Assembly (NCBI GenBank): GCA_951406725.2
Contig: OX597825.1
Span: 69,440,001 to 69,504,000, forward strand
Origin: Octopus vulgaris
Taxonomy: Eukaryota
Reading direction: 5' to 3'
Length of the DNA: 64,000 bases
Below the pieces are notes generated by a model. The model ran no database searches and had not been told where the DNA came from. It worked only from the letters and a program-made list of their open reading frames with translations. The position numbers were made by a program, and so were the translations under genes. Of the stretch, positions 26,798 through 40,414 are shown piece after piece. Position 1 is the stretch's first letter. Each line of letters opens with the position of its first letter.

Positions 26798-26977
26798 GCT
26801 TATTCATGCTATGAACAACCCCATTCAAAATAACCCATAATCAAAAGCATCTTATCGATGGTTCTTTCATATTCTTCGAGGTTGCTGCATTGTCTACTAC
26901 ATTCGTTCCTGGCCTTGCGAATATTTGGCAAATATTTCCAGTAAGGCGAGTGAACAGGTAGAACAGCAACCGTATAA

Positions 26978-27621
26978 ACCACCTTCTACTGTTGAAAATA
27001 ATCCATTTTTCATCACACGTAATAATACAATACAAAAATGGTTCGTTTTTATGCCGTGACAGTAAAGAACAGCATGTTTCAAGACGACATATCATTGATG
27101 CTCGTTCAGTTCTTGTAGTAGCCACTTGTCCAGCTTCATTACGTTATCGATTTGTTCCAGATAGAATCGAAACATCAAACCTTTCTCTAACTCACGCGTA
27201 GTTTGAGACGTATCCACTTCCACTGCAGTTTCCAGCTCATTATTATCCCTCTTGGTTTCAGGTCTACAACGTGGCTGATTTTCCAGAGTAAAGTCACCAG
27301 AACGGATCTTCTCCAACCACCGTCGTACAGTGCATTCATTCACCACATCTTCACCAAACACCTTATTGATGATTCATTGGTTTTACGACAGAACTCATAT
27401 TCGTAAACAACACGAATTGTTTATGTATCCATGTGTTAACAAAAATTGATTTACAAGAGAAAACTCACAATATTATCAGACACCATGAATTGCATTACGA
27501 AAAGTGATGATGTAACTCTTCAATGTTGTAAAACAAAAAATTGTCAGTATAAAATATTAGAGTTATCGGCTGCCAAACTTGGTGCATAACAAAATCGGTC
27601 ATTTCATTCTTAATGACCTGA
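26978..27621 (-). mobile_element. 5' half of a decayed cecropia-type (Hsmar1-like) mariner
   Basis: FGEDVVNECTVRRWLEKIRSGDFTLENQPRCRP...QTTREL...KLDKWLLQELNEHQ...LLSRHKNEPFLYCIITCDEKWI. The putative TIR starts TA|TCAGGTCATTAAG on the minus strand at 27623. Confidence 0.88.
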
Positions 27622-27992
27622 TAATAATAATGAAAATATCGTAGAAGTATCATAATAATACAGGTGAAGGAAACCTCGATATAGCTAGAGCAGTGGCTTA
27701 GCAGAATGACGCAGTTATAAACCATTCTGAATGCCTTATAAAAATTTAAGATCTGTTGCATGGGTCGAACTGAATGCAGAATAGTTATTTCATTTATCAT
27801 GTTGAGATTGCATGGAAATAAAATATTAGTGGTTAAAATCGATAACAGGTTCGAAAAGCACGTGGTAGTTTTGAGTTTCGTATCACTTGGGAGATCTTGT
27901 TTTTTTGTCTCTTATTTTTTCTTGTTCTGCTCAAGATTGACAGAGTAGCGTTAGTAAATGACGTTTGACACACACACACACACACACACAGA

Positions 27993-28054
<62 letters not shown>

Positions 28055-30036
28055 GAAATAAAGAAATATGTGCCAGCATGCATACACATACATATATACA
28101 TACAAATACAAACATATATCGAATGTAACGATGTGTATTTTCTGCATATATAACTATTTCTATGTAAAAATGTCGTGGAGGTATTTGAAATCTTTTGGAA
28201 AATCTCTCTCTTTCTGTGAGAGAAGCGTGAATTATTTTTTCGTTTTTATTTTTTTGGTTTTTTTTTATCCTTTTCCTATAACATGACAAAAGAAAAAAAT
28301 AATAACCTTTAGGAATATTTGTAATGCGTTAGAGTTCTAAGACAAACTACTTTCTACATTATGCAGTAGGAAGAAAACTTCCACAGGAATTTGAATAAGA
28401 TATCTCATGAAAATAGTTTGACGAAATTCTATTGGTATTGCCTGATATAAGGGCGCCTCAGGTTAGTCGTTTGATAACATCTCAATTTCGCTTTTGATTG
28501 TGTTGTACAATGTTTGACAACAACATTCAGTATAGAGAAATATCCATGACATCAAAAAGATTAATATTTATGCAAGGAAAACGAATGTTATTCTGGTTAG
28601 CTGAAATACTTTGATTTTCTAAAAGAGAAAATCAAGAATCAAGGAATGAATTTAAAGAAAAATGACGGAAATTTCAAATCAATATACATTCAAAACAAAC
28701 TTTTGATTAATTTAACTTCAATAGAATTATCTCTAGGGCTTGTGATTTCAGGATATATAAAGATATATATATATATATATAGATATATAAAAACAATACT
28801 AAAACCTATATATTCTCTTTGATATTAGCAAACATTATTCAAAAAGAATCATAATATTAAACGAATGATTTTCCTATTATTTAATAACTACAGGGAATGA
28901 TGTTTTGTTTACCTTTATGATATAGCCTCGTGACAAAATAGAAATTAATAACTGCATAAATCTTCATGCAGTTGTAGGCGTAATTTTTCCGCGGCATTGT
29001 TTGCTTCCATTGAAGTTCCTTCTAGCAAACAGTCACACTTTATTAGAGTATTACGGTCTAACGCTCTTATTCAAGAACGTGCGCAGCTGACACGTGTATA
29101 ACTAAAATAGACTCCTCTACTTTATTTAATGCGTAACTTCACCCGATGATTATCAAGGTATTTTTCACGTGCAGCTACTGCAGTTAAAGGCAACATATCT
29201 AAAAACTTTCCACTCTGAAAACAAGAAATTAAATGTATAGCTTGATTTCTGAATGGTTTAGTTCACTCTCGTTTAAACATGATCTAAATTTTATTGGGTG
29301 CAGCAGGAGAATCTCACGAGCCAGTGGGTGAGTTATATGATAGATGCATTTGCTAAAATATCAACAAAATCTTTCTGTCATGTCTGAAAAAAAGAGGTTT
29401 AGTCAGTTACGCTATAGGAAGAAAATACAGAACCCTCACATCTCAAATGCTTTTGGTCATAGCCATGGTCAATCAGAGTTAGCCTATTGTGAATCAACAC
29501 AGCAGCATGTGTTGCTTAAACGACTATACTTGTACTTGTAACGGCGTTCACCCAGGGTGGGTTGAGCCGGCTTCTTCTCTCATACAAGTCATTTGACTGT
29601 AGTCATGCTGGAGCACCACCTTGAAGGGTTTTGGTCGAACAAATTGACACCACGACTTTTTTAAACGACTATACTAAGTGTCAGCACACAACACAGGCAA
29701 TATTGAAGGAAAAAACAGTTTCCAAACATTCCATCCTTTGGTTAATGCAAATGTTTCCAGCGGGTAACGATTTAAACAATTTCTTAGCCACAATAAATCA
29801 CCAATATGTAAAGTGACCTCCAAGGATTGAACATTAACATATTAAATATCTCTCCATATTTCCCCGGTGAGTAACTAAGCATGAGTATGCATAATTCTAT
29901 TGCCCCAATATAAAGTAATTCTATTATGGCTCCAAAACTGTCTCTGATATCATTGTCTAAAGCAGCCATCAAACAATATATCACTAAATCACGTGGTCGC
30001 CAACAAGCTAGAAAAAGCCGTCATACTTGTCTCAAG

Positions 30037-30212
30037 TGTGAGGGAGTGCTGAATGTTCCTGGCTTTAAGGGCATTGAGAAAGGCCTGTTAGGAGGCCCAA
30101 ACTTCTGATTTCTCTTACTGGGCTTAGAAACGCAGAAGGACCGATGCAATGAGAATCGGAGAGTGGAATATGTTCAATAAAATTATAATTATCTGAGCTT
30201 TTTAGCACCCTC

Positions 30213-30214
<2 letters not shown>
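30037..30214 (+). mobile_element. Mariner-derived MITE
   Basis: Imperfect TIRs gagggagtgctgaa / tttagcaccctc. The internal ggaatatgttcaataa resembles the GEYVE* end of mariner transposases. Confidence 0.6.
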
Positions 30215-30254
<40 letters not shown>

Positions 30255-30577
30255 TCGTATTGTTTTATTCTGTTAATTGTTTCAATCTTTTGACTGCGGT
30301 CATTCTGGGGACAACCTTGAAGGATTTTGGTCGAACAAATCGACACCACGACTTTTTTTAAGCCTGGTACTTATTCTATCGGAATCTCATTGCGGAACAG
30401 CTAAGGAACGGGGACGTAAACACAGACATACACAGACAGACAGACACACACATGCGACGAGTTCTTTCAGTTTCCGTCTACCAAATCCGCTTACTTCCTT
30501 GGCATTGGTTGGCCCAAAGATATTGTAAAAGACACTTGTCGAAGATAGTACCTCTGCGCCTATACATACATACATAC

Positions 30578-30658
<81 letters not shown>

Positions 30659-30661
<3 letters not shown>

Positions 30662-30708
30662 CCGATTTTTACAGTTCCAGTGATACAATGGACATGTAGT
30701 CTTCGAAT
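30659..30708 (+). repeat. 50-bp exact copy of 32579-32628 embedded in (TA)n
   Basis: ttaccgatttttacagttccagtgatacaatggacatgtagtcttcgaat is identical at both sites, 1920 bp apart. Confidence 0.9.
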
Positions 30709-30712
30709 ATAT

Positions 30713-30780
<68 letters not shown>

Positions 30781-31976
30781 ATATATTTTATATATATTTT
30801 CGTTTTTCTTGTTTCAGCTGAGAGCTGCGGCCATGCTGATGCACCGCCGTTTAAAAATATGAGTAAAACAAGGATTCAGATTGAATTGGGTACCTGAAAA
30901 GATATGCACCGGTTAGGGTTGGATAAGTAAATATCAAATAAGATATTTCGGTCGTGTACACAGAAAAAAAAATCCCATGGATACAGCAGAGATATGGCTG
31001 AAGTCTGTCAAAGCTAACTGTACATATATACATACTTGTGTGTATATGTATTGTATGCAAATATGAAACCTGAATTCTGTTAATACAGCAAAACTCATCT
31101 TCGCACACCGATTTTCCTTTCCGAAGAGAAATGAAAGGATGATAATGCTTGGCCATCATGAATGCATCGCAGGGATATTCATTCATGAATATCGTAAGCA
31201 ACAAAGCATTTTGTATAACGCTCTAACAATTCAGTCGATCAAGTACACCGGGAGAGCAAAATATAAAGTGACCTCGGTGGGAATCGATTTGAGAATAAAA
31301 TGAACCGAAACACAAATGCCGTTGAATGTTATATCCGACGTTCTAGCGAGTCTAGATATCTATTACTTACTGCAGAACATTAAAGCCACTCTTTATCGTA
31401 CAATATTAGAAATTAGATATGTGCGTTCGATTCAGTCAAAGCAATCTTTTTGTATTTGCTTTGACGTTTGTTTTATGCAGATCTGAAGCAAACATAGCGT
31501 TTGGATTCGTAAAACACATCTTTACTGTTCAATAATCGAATTATCGATGTCAACTGCTGTTATCGGTATCGAAATGAAGAATGAAAAAAAAAATCTGCAT
31601 TCAAAGTGCAAGTAGCAAGTAAATATGGATGCAAAGATACGCATGCGCAGTGTTGAAAGCGTGTATTTACTGTGACGGTAAATAAACATTTGAACGTGAA
31701 ATCGAATATTGGCAGAAATGCTCTCTGTGAAGAAGTATGTTTATGAGAGATTTAGGTTATATTAGCCTTGTGGAGATATTGTGCTCATAAAAATGTCACA
31801 TCCTTTACACATTCCAACGGCTTCTAAACACACGAACGTTTGTGTGTACCCGTATGTATGCATGTATGTATGTATGTATGTATGTATGTATGTATGTATG
31901 TATGTATGTATGTATGTATGTTTGTATGTATGTATGTACTTATGTATGTATATCATTGTTCAGTTTTATTTCAAGA

Positions 31977-32373
31977 CTAGCAGTATAGCCCAGCGTTGCT
32001 CCGGTTTGTTTTCTTTTCGACCCTTTAGAATTGGAATTTTTGAAAAGTAAAAATTTTGCATTATGTAGCTTGTTATTCTCTTTAAGTAAACATTTTTCTG
32101 TTTGAAATACACCGGAAAATGACGACAAGGCAGTCAAAAATTCGTAAAAAATAAAAGATTTTCATAGAAAAAACACCTTTTTGATGTAAGTAATTTTTAG
32201 TGTTAACATGGTCTGATTTGAATTGTGTCTTCTACGGAAGAAAGTGCAAGCCTTCTACTATCATACTCTCAATTTTGGCAGACTCGCGCCGCAGGGTCTC
32301 GGAGGAGATAGTGTTAGTTGAAGGCCACCAAACCTGCTATAGACACACAACTTCAGCTTTATATATATAGAGA
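31977..32373 (-). mobile_element. Non-autonomous Helitron with ends related to the 18562 copy
   Basis: Minus strand reads A|TCTCTATATATATAAAG...ccggagcaacgctgggctatactgCTAG|T. Confidence 0.85.
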
Positions 32374-32950
32374 TTTCTTGCCAATAGAGAAAGAGCCGGT
32401 GTCTAACCTAGAGCTAAGGCCCCTTCATTGGATTTGCAACATCATCAATAGCGTATATTTTTTGTTTGTTTGTATGTATAAGTGTAGATTTGTATGTTGT
32501 GTTTTATCTATATATTCTCATGTATATAGTTACATATCTAGATATGCTCATGTATATTTAAATGATAACTGGAAAGTTTTACCGATTTTTACAGTTCCAG
32601 TGATACAATGGACATGTAGTCTTCGAATTAGCTTTCTCCTTTCTGGTTTCCAGAAGACTACTATCTCAAGATTGGTATTTAGACAGTGTGTTATATATGC
32701 CAGAGTTCCAATAATTACACCTATAAACCTAAACTTGTAATCTGGATAATGTAACTGCAAATTTCTCAATAGTTTAGCGTGGATATTCTCGTTTTCACTG
32801 ATCTTCAGCTTTATGTTAACATCGACTGGGCAGCTAATTTCCAAAACTGCATACAGTTTCTCTTCTCAATCCCAAATCCCTATATCAGGCCTGTTGTGCT
32901 TACAGTTTTTGACGTCTTCACTGGGACATTCCACCAGTACTCCATTTTTA
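32374..32950 (-). mobile_element. R4/Dong-like (restriction-like endonuclease) LINE 3' fragment
   Basis: Minus strand reads KHNRPDIGIWD*EEKLYAVLEISCPVDVNIKLKISENEN...IIGTLAYI...GTVKI, a PD..D/E..K RLE domain. The 3'UTR is similar to 46636-46700. Confidence 0.8.
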
Positions 32951-33255
32951 TTATGTATGTATGTATGTATGTATGAATGTATTTATGTATGTATGTATGA
33001 ATGTATTTATGTATGTATGTCAGTATGTATGTATGTATGCATGCAACTTTCTTTCTTTCTCTCTCTCTATCTCTCTTTCACACTCTCTTCCTCACTCTCT
33101 CTTTCTATTAGGGGTAGCTATGTGGTAAGAAGCTTGCTTCTCAACCACATGGTTCTGAGTTCTGTACCACTGCGTGGCGCCTTGGGCAACTATATGTTAC
33201 TTTAGCCTCGGGCCTTGTGAATGGATTTAGTACACGGAAACTGAAAAAACCAGTC

Positions 33256-33313
<58 letters not shown>

Positions 33314-33317
33314 GTAT

Positions 33318-33616
33318 GTGTGTGTGTGCATATAAATTAGAGAAGAACCACCATGTAGCAATTCACCAATGATATACTTAAATCATACCATATGGAAAAA
33401 AATTAAAGATACAATAAAACATTTACCCAGAAATAAATAAAGTGCTAAATAAATAAATACTAATTATATACTATTTATATATTATTTCGTACTTTATTTA
33501 GTTCTAGGTAAATGTTTTAGCGTATCTTTAATTTTTTTTCTATATGGCATGATTTAAGTATATCATTGTTGAATTGCTTCATGGTGGTTCTTCTCTAATT
33601 TATATGCACACACACA

Positions 33617-33620
<4 letters not shown>
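33318..33620. repeat. Foldback element with ~125-bp imperfect inverted arms between (TG)n and (CA)n
   Basis: gcatataaattagagaagaaccaccatg...taaataaagt is reverse-complemented by actttattta...catggtggttcttctctaatttatatgc. Confidence 0.9.
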
Positions 33621-33670
<50 letters not shown>

Positions 33671-34601
33671 CACACACACACACACATCCATTAGTGAATG
33701 ACAAAAAACAAGGAGGTAACTAATCACGTTCCACAGTTTACGGTTTTTTAATAAGGCTCAGAATACTTAAGGCTAAGTGGTTGTGCAACATCTCATCCAT
33801 CCATATATATATATATACACACATATGTATATTTGTGTATGTGTGTGTGTGTGTGTAAGTGCGGTTTATGTGTCTACTTCCATTAGTTGCCCTTCTTTTT
33901 GTTTTTGTTTTGATATGTTACTATTATTTATGATAGTTTATGATCCTTGAAAATGCCATAATATAATATTCTGCCTTGTAAACTTAATTTAGCATCTATT
34001 TAATAAAAGAATCTTTTTATAGCAACATATTACGATGACCCTTTAAGATGAATCTCGACCAATATTCGCTACATATTTTGAACATCTCTTTCGAGTTTCT
34101 AAACAATTATAAATATCTATAATTATAATTTAAAAAATCCCAAAATTCTCACCGTGGATACGCTCAACTTATTTCCAAGAAATTGTACATAGAATTCTAA
34201 AACACATATAAGGCTGTTGTTATAATTATATTCTTACTATGTTTTTCTGATACACACACATACACGCAAACACGAGTCTCTGTGTGTGGTTCTTTTTGTG
34301 TTTGTGTGTTTGTGCGCGTATATATTCGGCATATGTGGTTCGCAAGTGGGTTCTATTGTGATTTTATTAATTCAGTCACTGAACCGTGAACTACAATATT
34401 CTTAATCATTCGCACCACAACTCTTGTTTTATCCATCTCATTTCTATCGAAAGGCTACATTAACTTATTTTCTGAATGGATTTTTACACAACCATTTCAC
34501 ACAACCATTTCCGAAAGAAGGAACAGACAAGCGAAGACAAATATTTGCATATATCTTCTATCTATGTAGGTATATATGGATGTTTGTATGTATGTATGTA
34601 C

Positions 34602-34642
<41 letters not shown>

Positions 34643-34695
34643 CATACATGTATATATATATATATATACATACATACATGTATGTATGTATGTAC

Positions 34696-34737
<42 letters not shown>

Positions 34738-34824
34738 GTACCTACATATATAGGTACATACATGCGTACATGGATCTATATGTACACCATAAGACAAACT
34801 GTATAACACAAAATGAGCATTTTT

Positions 34825-35222
34825 CCTCCTCTAATTTCTCTACTTCCTCCTTTTGTCTCCTCTTCCTCTTCTTCTTTTCATTCCCCTTCTTCTTCTTCTT
34901 CTTCTTCTTCTTCTTCTTCTTCTTCTTCTTCTCCTTCTTCTTCCTCTTTTTCTTTCTCTTCTTCTTCTTCTTCTTCTTCTTCTTCTTCTCCTTCTTCTTC
35001 TTCTTCTTCTTCTTTTTGTCTTTTTCTTCCTCTTCTTTCGCTTCCCTTTCTTTTTTTCTTCTAATTCTTTTTTTACTCCCGTTCTATTCTTGCTTAATCT
35101 TCTTCTCCTTCCTCTTTCTCCACTTCCTCGCCCTCCTTTTTACCTCTTCTTCTTCGTTTTCTTCTTTTGCGTCCTCTTCTTTTACCTCCTCTTCTTCTTT
35201 TCTTCTTTTTCCTCTTCTCCTC
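34825..35222. repeat. (CTT)n-rich polypyrimidine tract; a second tract lies at 39650-39800
   Basis: Visible directly in the sequence. Confidence 0.95.
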
Positions 35223-35706
35223 CGTACTACTACTACTAATACTACTACTACTATTATTACTGAATTAAGACCTTTATACAGTGAAACCCTTCATTACATT
35301 TGCACAGCCGTTATCAAGTACTAACAAATTTTGCCAGGGTCAGTCTGAATTAGTTTCCTCAAATCAAATCCGATTGTATATATTGTTAAGAAAACAACTG
35401 TAATGTTACTTAGATTGAATCAGTTATTTAAAGTAAACTTGGTGAAAACATAGTAATTCAGAGTATCAATTGTCTACGTATACTTCTATCGATTTTCAAC
35501 TAGAAAGTAAAGACACTGAGATAGCTTTCGTGAAAAGTCTCTTATCTGATTCCAGGATTATGATACCGAAATGAAGTTTCGTAAAGATGAAATCAGTGAA
35601 ATGATCTAAGGTTATATATGCAAATGAGTACGTACGTACGAATTTACATAGAGCCACATATTCATGCATACATATAGATACATACACATCTGTGTATGTG
35701 TCTCTA

Positions 35707-35752
<46 letters not shown>

Positions 35753-35935
35753 AGATTGGTAGCTACTACACAAGTTTTTCTCTCCTTGTTTCTTTCTGTG
35801 TTCCTTTCTGTAGAAGAGCGTAGGCTCAAAATGTAAAAAACTTTTTAAAAAATTCCTGAGCGTTATACTAATACATCTGTTTGTTTTCTACACTACCTGT
35901 CTTCGACTTTTGTTTTTTTCGTGAAATTTCCCTAG

Positions 35936-35974
<39 letters not shown>

Positions 35975-35994
35975 TATAGATATATATATATATA

Positions 35995-36165
<171 letters not shown>

Positions 36166-36321
36166 AAACAAGTAAAAATAATGGCCATTACATATAATTC
36201 CTTTATTAGACCAATTTTGGCTAACAGCTGTTTCCAATATTCATTATTCGTACATTACTGAAAGGTTTACTTAATTGGTTTATTGATCAGTTGAGGTAAA
36301 TTGAACTATTTGTTCTATACA

Positions 36322-36435
<114 letters not shown>

Positions 36436-37559
36436 ATATATACACGTATAAAGAGAGATACCCTCGAAGTATTTTCATATACCATGGTACGGTGAATGCA
36501 AAGTAGAGTTTAAGATGTCATGTACCCACACACGTGAACTTTATAGCTTCAAAAATTCTTAGCGTTCCTCTTCTATCCTATCCATCGAGGAATTTTTCTC
36601 CCTTGTGTTACTGTCGCTGTGTCTTGCCACTCCACAGGACTTCAAACCTCACCATCAACATTAAAAATATAGGATGAACTGCAAATATGGCTTCTGCGTC
36701 TAACGATCCTATTAAAACAATATTCAAACTAATAATTTTTAAGTTTGTTCGTTTTATCAACAGATATGAACATTTGCAGGTAATTCGAGTGGTTGCTAAT
36801 TTTTTTATAGTTCAGTACAGAGGCACTGGTGTGGCTGTGTGTTTCATATGCTTGATTTGCAACCAAATGTTTTTGCGTAGGGCAAGGTCCATGTACGATG
36901 ATTCCAAGTCGACCATTGTATATGACTCTTGTCTAAATTAAAAAGTTGGAGATGAATTTGGAAGACGGAACTGCGTGTAAGCTCGTCTTAAGTGTTCTAT
37001 GTTTGTTATCCACCGCTGCTTGACTAATGATATTTAATTACACCTCCATAACCAAGTAGTTCGGCCAAAGAAACCTTTAGAGTTAGATTCAGATTTAAAA
37101 ATATAAGCAAAGGAGTCCATTTTTTCTACTAGACCGTTAAAGGCAGTGTTCCATTATGGCCGCACTGAAAGGCAGTGTTCCATTATGGCCGACTGAAAGA
37201 AGTAAAAGTATCTATAAATTAAATTATAGATAGAGAGTGAATGATTTGGCAATAAAAAATATGTCACCGACCATAATTACCGATATTAATAATATATCAA
37301 TGTGATATATTAGTTATTATATATTAGATATTCAAAGGGGCCCCCGTTAATATATTTCATGCAGGGCGTGAAAGATATTCCAGTAGGAAATTTTTTCTTA
37401 ATAGCCAATCTAAAATTAATGCATTAATAATGATAACTATTATTTATATGAAACCCCTGTTGATGACATTACACTTTTAGTTTCACAAGAAACAAAGAAA
37501 AACAAAAAAAAAATATTGGTAAATGAGAAAAGTATGACTGGTTTTGCCACAACAGTTTT

Positions 37560-37864
37560 GTGGAGGCACATGGCCTAGTGGTTAGAGTAGCGGACTCGCG
37601 GTTGAGGGATCGCGGGTTCGAATCTCAGACTGGGTGATGTGTGTGTTTATGAGTGAAACACCTAAGCTCCACGCGGCTTCCAGCAGAAGGTAATGGCGAA
37701 CCTTTGCTGACTCTTTCGCCAAAACTTTCTCTCACCCTTTCCTCCATCATGTATCTTGCAGCTCACCTGCAACAGACCGGCGTCCCGTCCAGGTGGGGAA
37801 CCTATACGCCAAGGAAGCCGAGAAACCGGCCCTTATGAGCCAGGCATGGCTCGAGAAGGAACAA
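37560..37864 (+). mobile_element. SINE family C (tRNA-Arg-like head) with 11-bp TSD
   Basis: A-box tggcctagtggtt, B-box gggttcgaatc. TSD acaacagtttt at 37549-37559 and 37865-37875. Confidence 0.92.
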
Positions 37865-39491
37865 ACAACAGTTTTACCACTGTGTATTTGGCGTCACTAC
37901 TTCGATGTTGACGTTTTTGCTATCACGACATTTAATATTTCTCTCATTTTCTTCCCTTCTCACTTTCTCTGTAGCTGCATCTCTTTGTAATGTGAATTTG
38001 TGTATGTAATCTCTCTCTCTCTCTCTCTCGCTCCCTCTCTTTCTCGGTTTCTCCCACTCACTACCCGTATGTGCGCAGTTCTTTTGTGCCTGCATGTGGT
38101 TGTTGCTTCCGCCAATTCATCAGTGATCAAACAGCCGCATCCAATTTTCTTCTCTCTATACGAGAGATATTACTCTTTAGATATTCAAAGGGAACCCCGT
38201 TAATATATTTCATATATCGCGTAAAAAATATGATGAAATCCGTTTATAAAGAGATGTATGTTTGCTAACATTCCAGAGTCAGTCGACCACGATTTTGATA
38301 TTTGAGTTTCAGTACCCCAAATAATTTTGTCATACAGTCTCTGTTAATTTTCCATCAGGCACAATTTTTCTGTAATCTTATGAGAAGTTCTATGTTTAGA
38401 ATTACTCTATACGAATTTGATTATATTAGATAGCTGCACACTCCCATATAATAATCACTAATATTTGTCTAAGTCCCGAAAGCAAAGAAAGCTGACAGTT
38501 TCGTTAGCATGCGGGGACAAAAGGCTTAGTGGCATCTTTATGCTCTGATTTCAAATTCCACCGAGGCTGATATCACGTTTACCTTTCAGGTCGATAAAAT
38601 AAATACAATTTGAGCACTAGAGCCAATGTAATCGACTTACCCCACCTCCAAAATTGCTGATCTTGAGCCAAATATATGTACAAATGATATTGATTTCATC
38701 AAAGTCTGCCGGTTATAATATTTGTTTTTAAGTAACCTACTACGCCAGTGCACTTTTGAATACTTCTAGTTCTGTTGTTTTTTTCTTTTTTCGTTATACA
38801 GAATAATTGCGGAATATCTAAGACACGGAGTTCAAAACTGTAACCAAAGGAATAGACTCTAATCTGATGATTAAACGAACTCACTTGTGCAAATAGAAAT
38901 GAAAAAAAAACCGTCAATTTTGTAATTTACTCTACCGTATTTCTATTTCTTACAACAGACGTATCGGCTAAATCTGCTTGCTCAGAATATTTTGTCTAGA
39001 TTACACCAAGTAATCATAGGTGATAATTACTAATTTGTATGTTATGCGTCTTGTAGATGTGGAATTTTACAGTAGTTGTGACCTTCAGTTAGGTTGCAAT
39101 GATTTCTGTATGAAGTTTATTTTAGTATTCGGTAAGGTATATATTCACTGCACGTTAGGTTTGCTTTGTTGTATACATGCTATTGACAGACTTCAGTGAT
39201 CTAGTGTCTTCTCTTCAATCTTTTATATGTCTTGTATAAGTTTAATAGCAATCAGGGGAATGTATCATTTATAACATGTACTACAAAATGCCTACGATTT
39301 ACATATTGCAGGTAGATGGCGTCACCGCATTAGCCATCTATAGCTAAGGTCAATTTTATGTATATGTGTATCTGTGTATATCAAGATGTGTGTCTCTAAC
39401 TATGTGCTTATTTGTGTCAGTGTTTTTGGATGTGAGTTTTAGTTCGAGTATGCGAGCATATATTACGCCGACAATGTATAAATATAGCCTA

Positions 39492-39528
<37 letters not shown>

Positions 39529-40414
39529 CAAATATACAAATATATATATATTTGTGTGTGTGTGTGTATATGTGTGTGTGCATGTGTGTATGTGTGTATT
39601 TATGAAAAGGCAACGTATTTTTAAATTTCTGAAAGCGTCGTTCTCTGTCGTTCTTCTTCTTCTTCTTCTTCTTCTTCTTCTTCTTCTTCTTCTTCTTCTT
39701 CTTCTTCTCTCCTACTTCTTCTTCGTCTTCTTCTCCTCTGCTTCTTCTTCTTCCCCTTCTTCTTCTTCTTCTTCTTCTTCTTCTTCTTTCCTCTCCTCTC
39801 TCTTACTCATACACTCTCTGGATAAGGCTGCAATTGAAACTGTCCACCTCTTGTCACTTGGTATTATATTGGCTGCGAGTATGGCCGCAGCTTTAGAGCT
39901 GAAACACGTTAAAAAACTATCAAACGTATCTGTGGAAAACTTAAACCATTACACGCTCATTTCACGAGATGAAGTTCACTCGATCGTATATCGGAATGTT
40001 CATTCTCCACCCCAACTGAAATTCCTCATAAATATTCATTAGCATTTTTGTGTTTCTTTGATTTCATTGTTCTTTTGTTATTTACTCGTTTCATCATTGA
40101 AATGCGGCCGTGCTTGGACACTGTTTGAAGAATTTTAATCGGGCGAAAATAGCAGATATATTTTAAACCTGCTTTGGATTCTAAGAATGTCTTGTTGTCA
40201 AACCGTTTAACAAAGCGTAGGGGAGTAAGATAAGCCCAGAGATGCAAACAGGTATATATATATATATATATAGTAATGGTATATTCCGTTAGGAACGTGG
40301 TAAAGTACAATATAACACTCGTCCACCTTCAGAATACCTATCCAGTAGTATTATCATATACTTACAAGTTTAAGCTTGGGCATTCGTAGTACGTGAATAT
40401 AAAATTGAAGCAAT

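Noticed and set aside
37560-37635. tRNA-like sequence
   Set aside because: It is a SINE head that continues into a repeat body with a TSD; there is no evidence for a functional tRNA gene.
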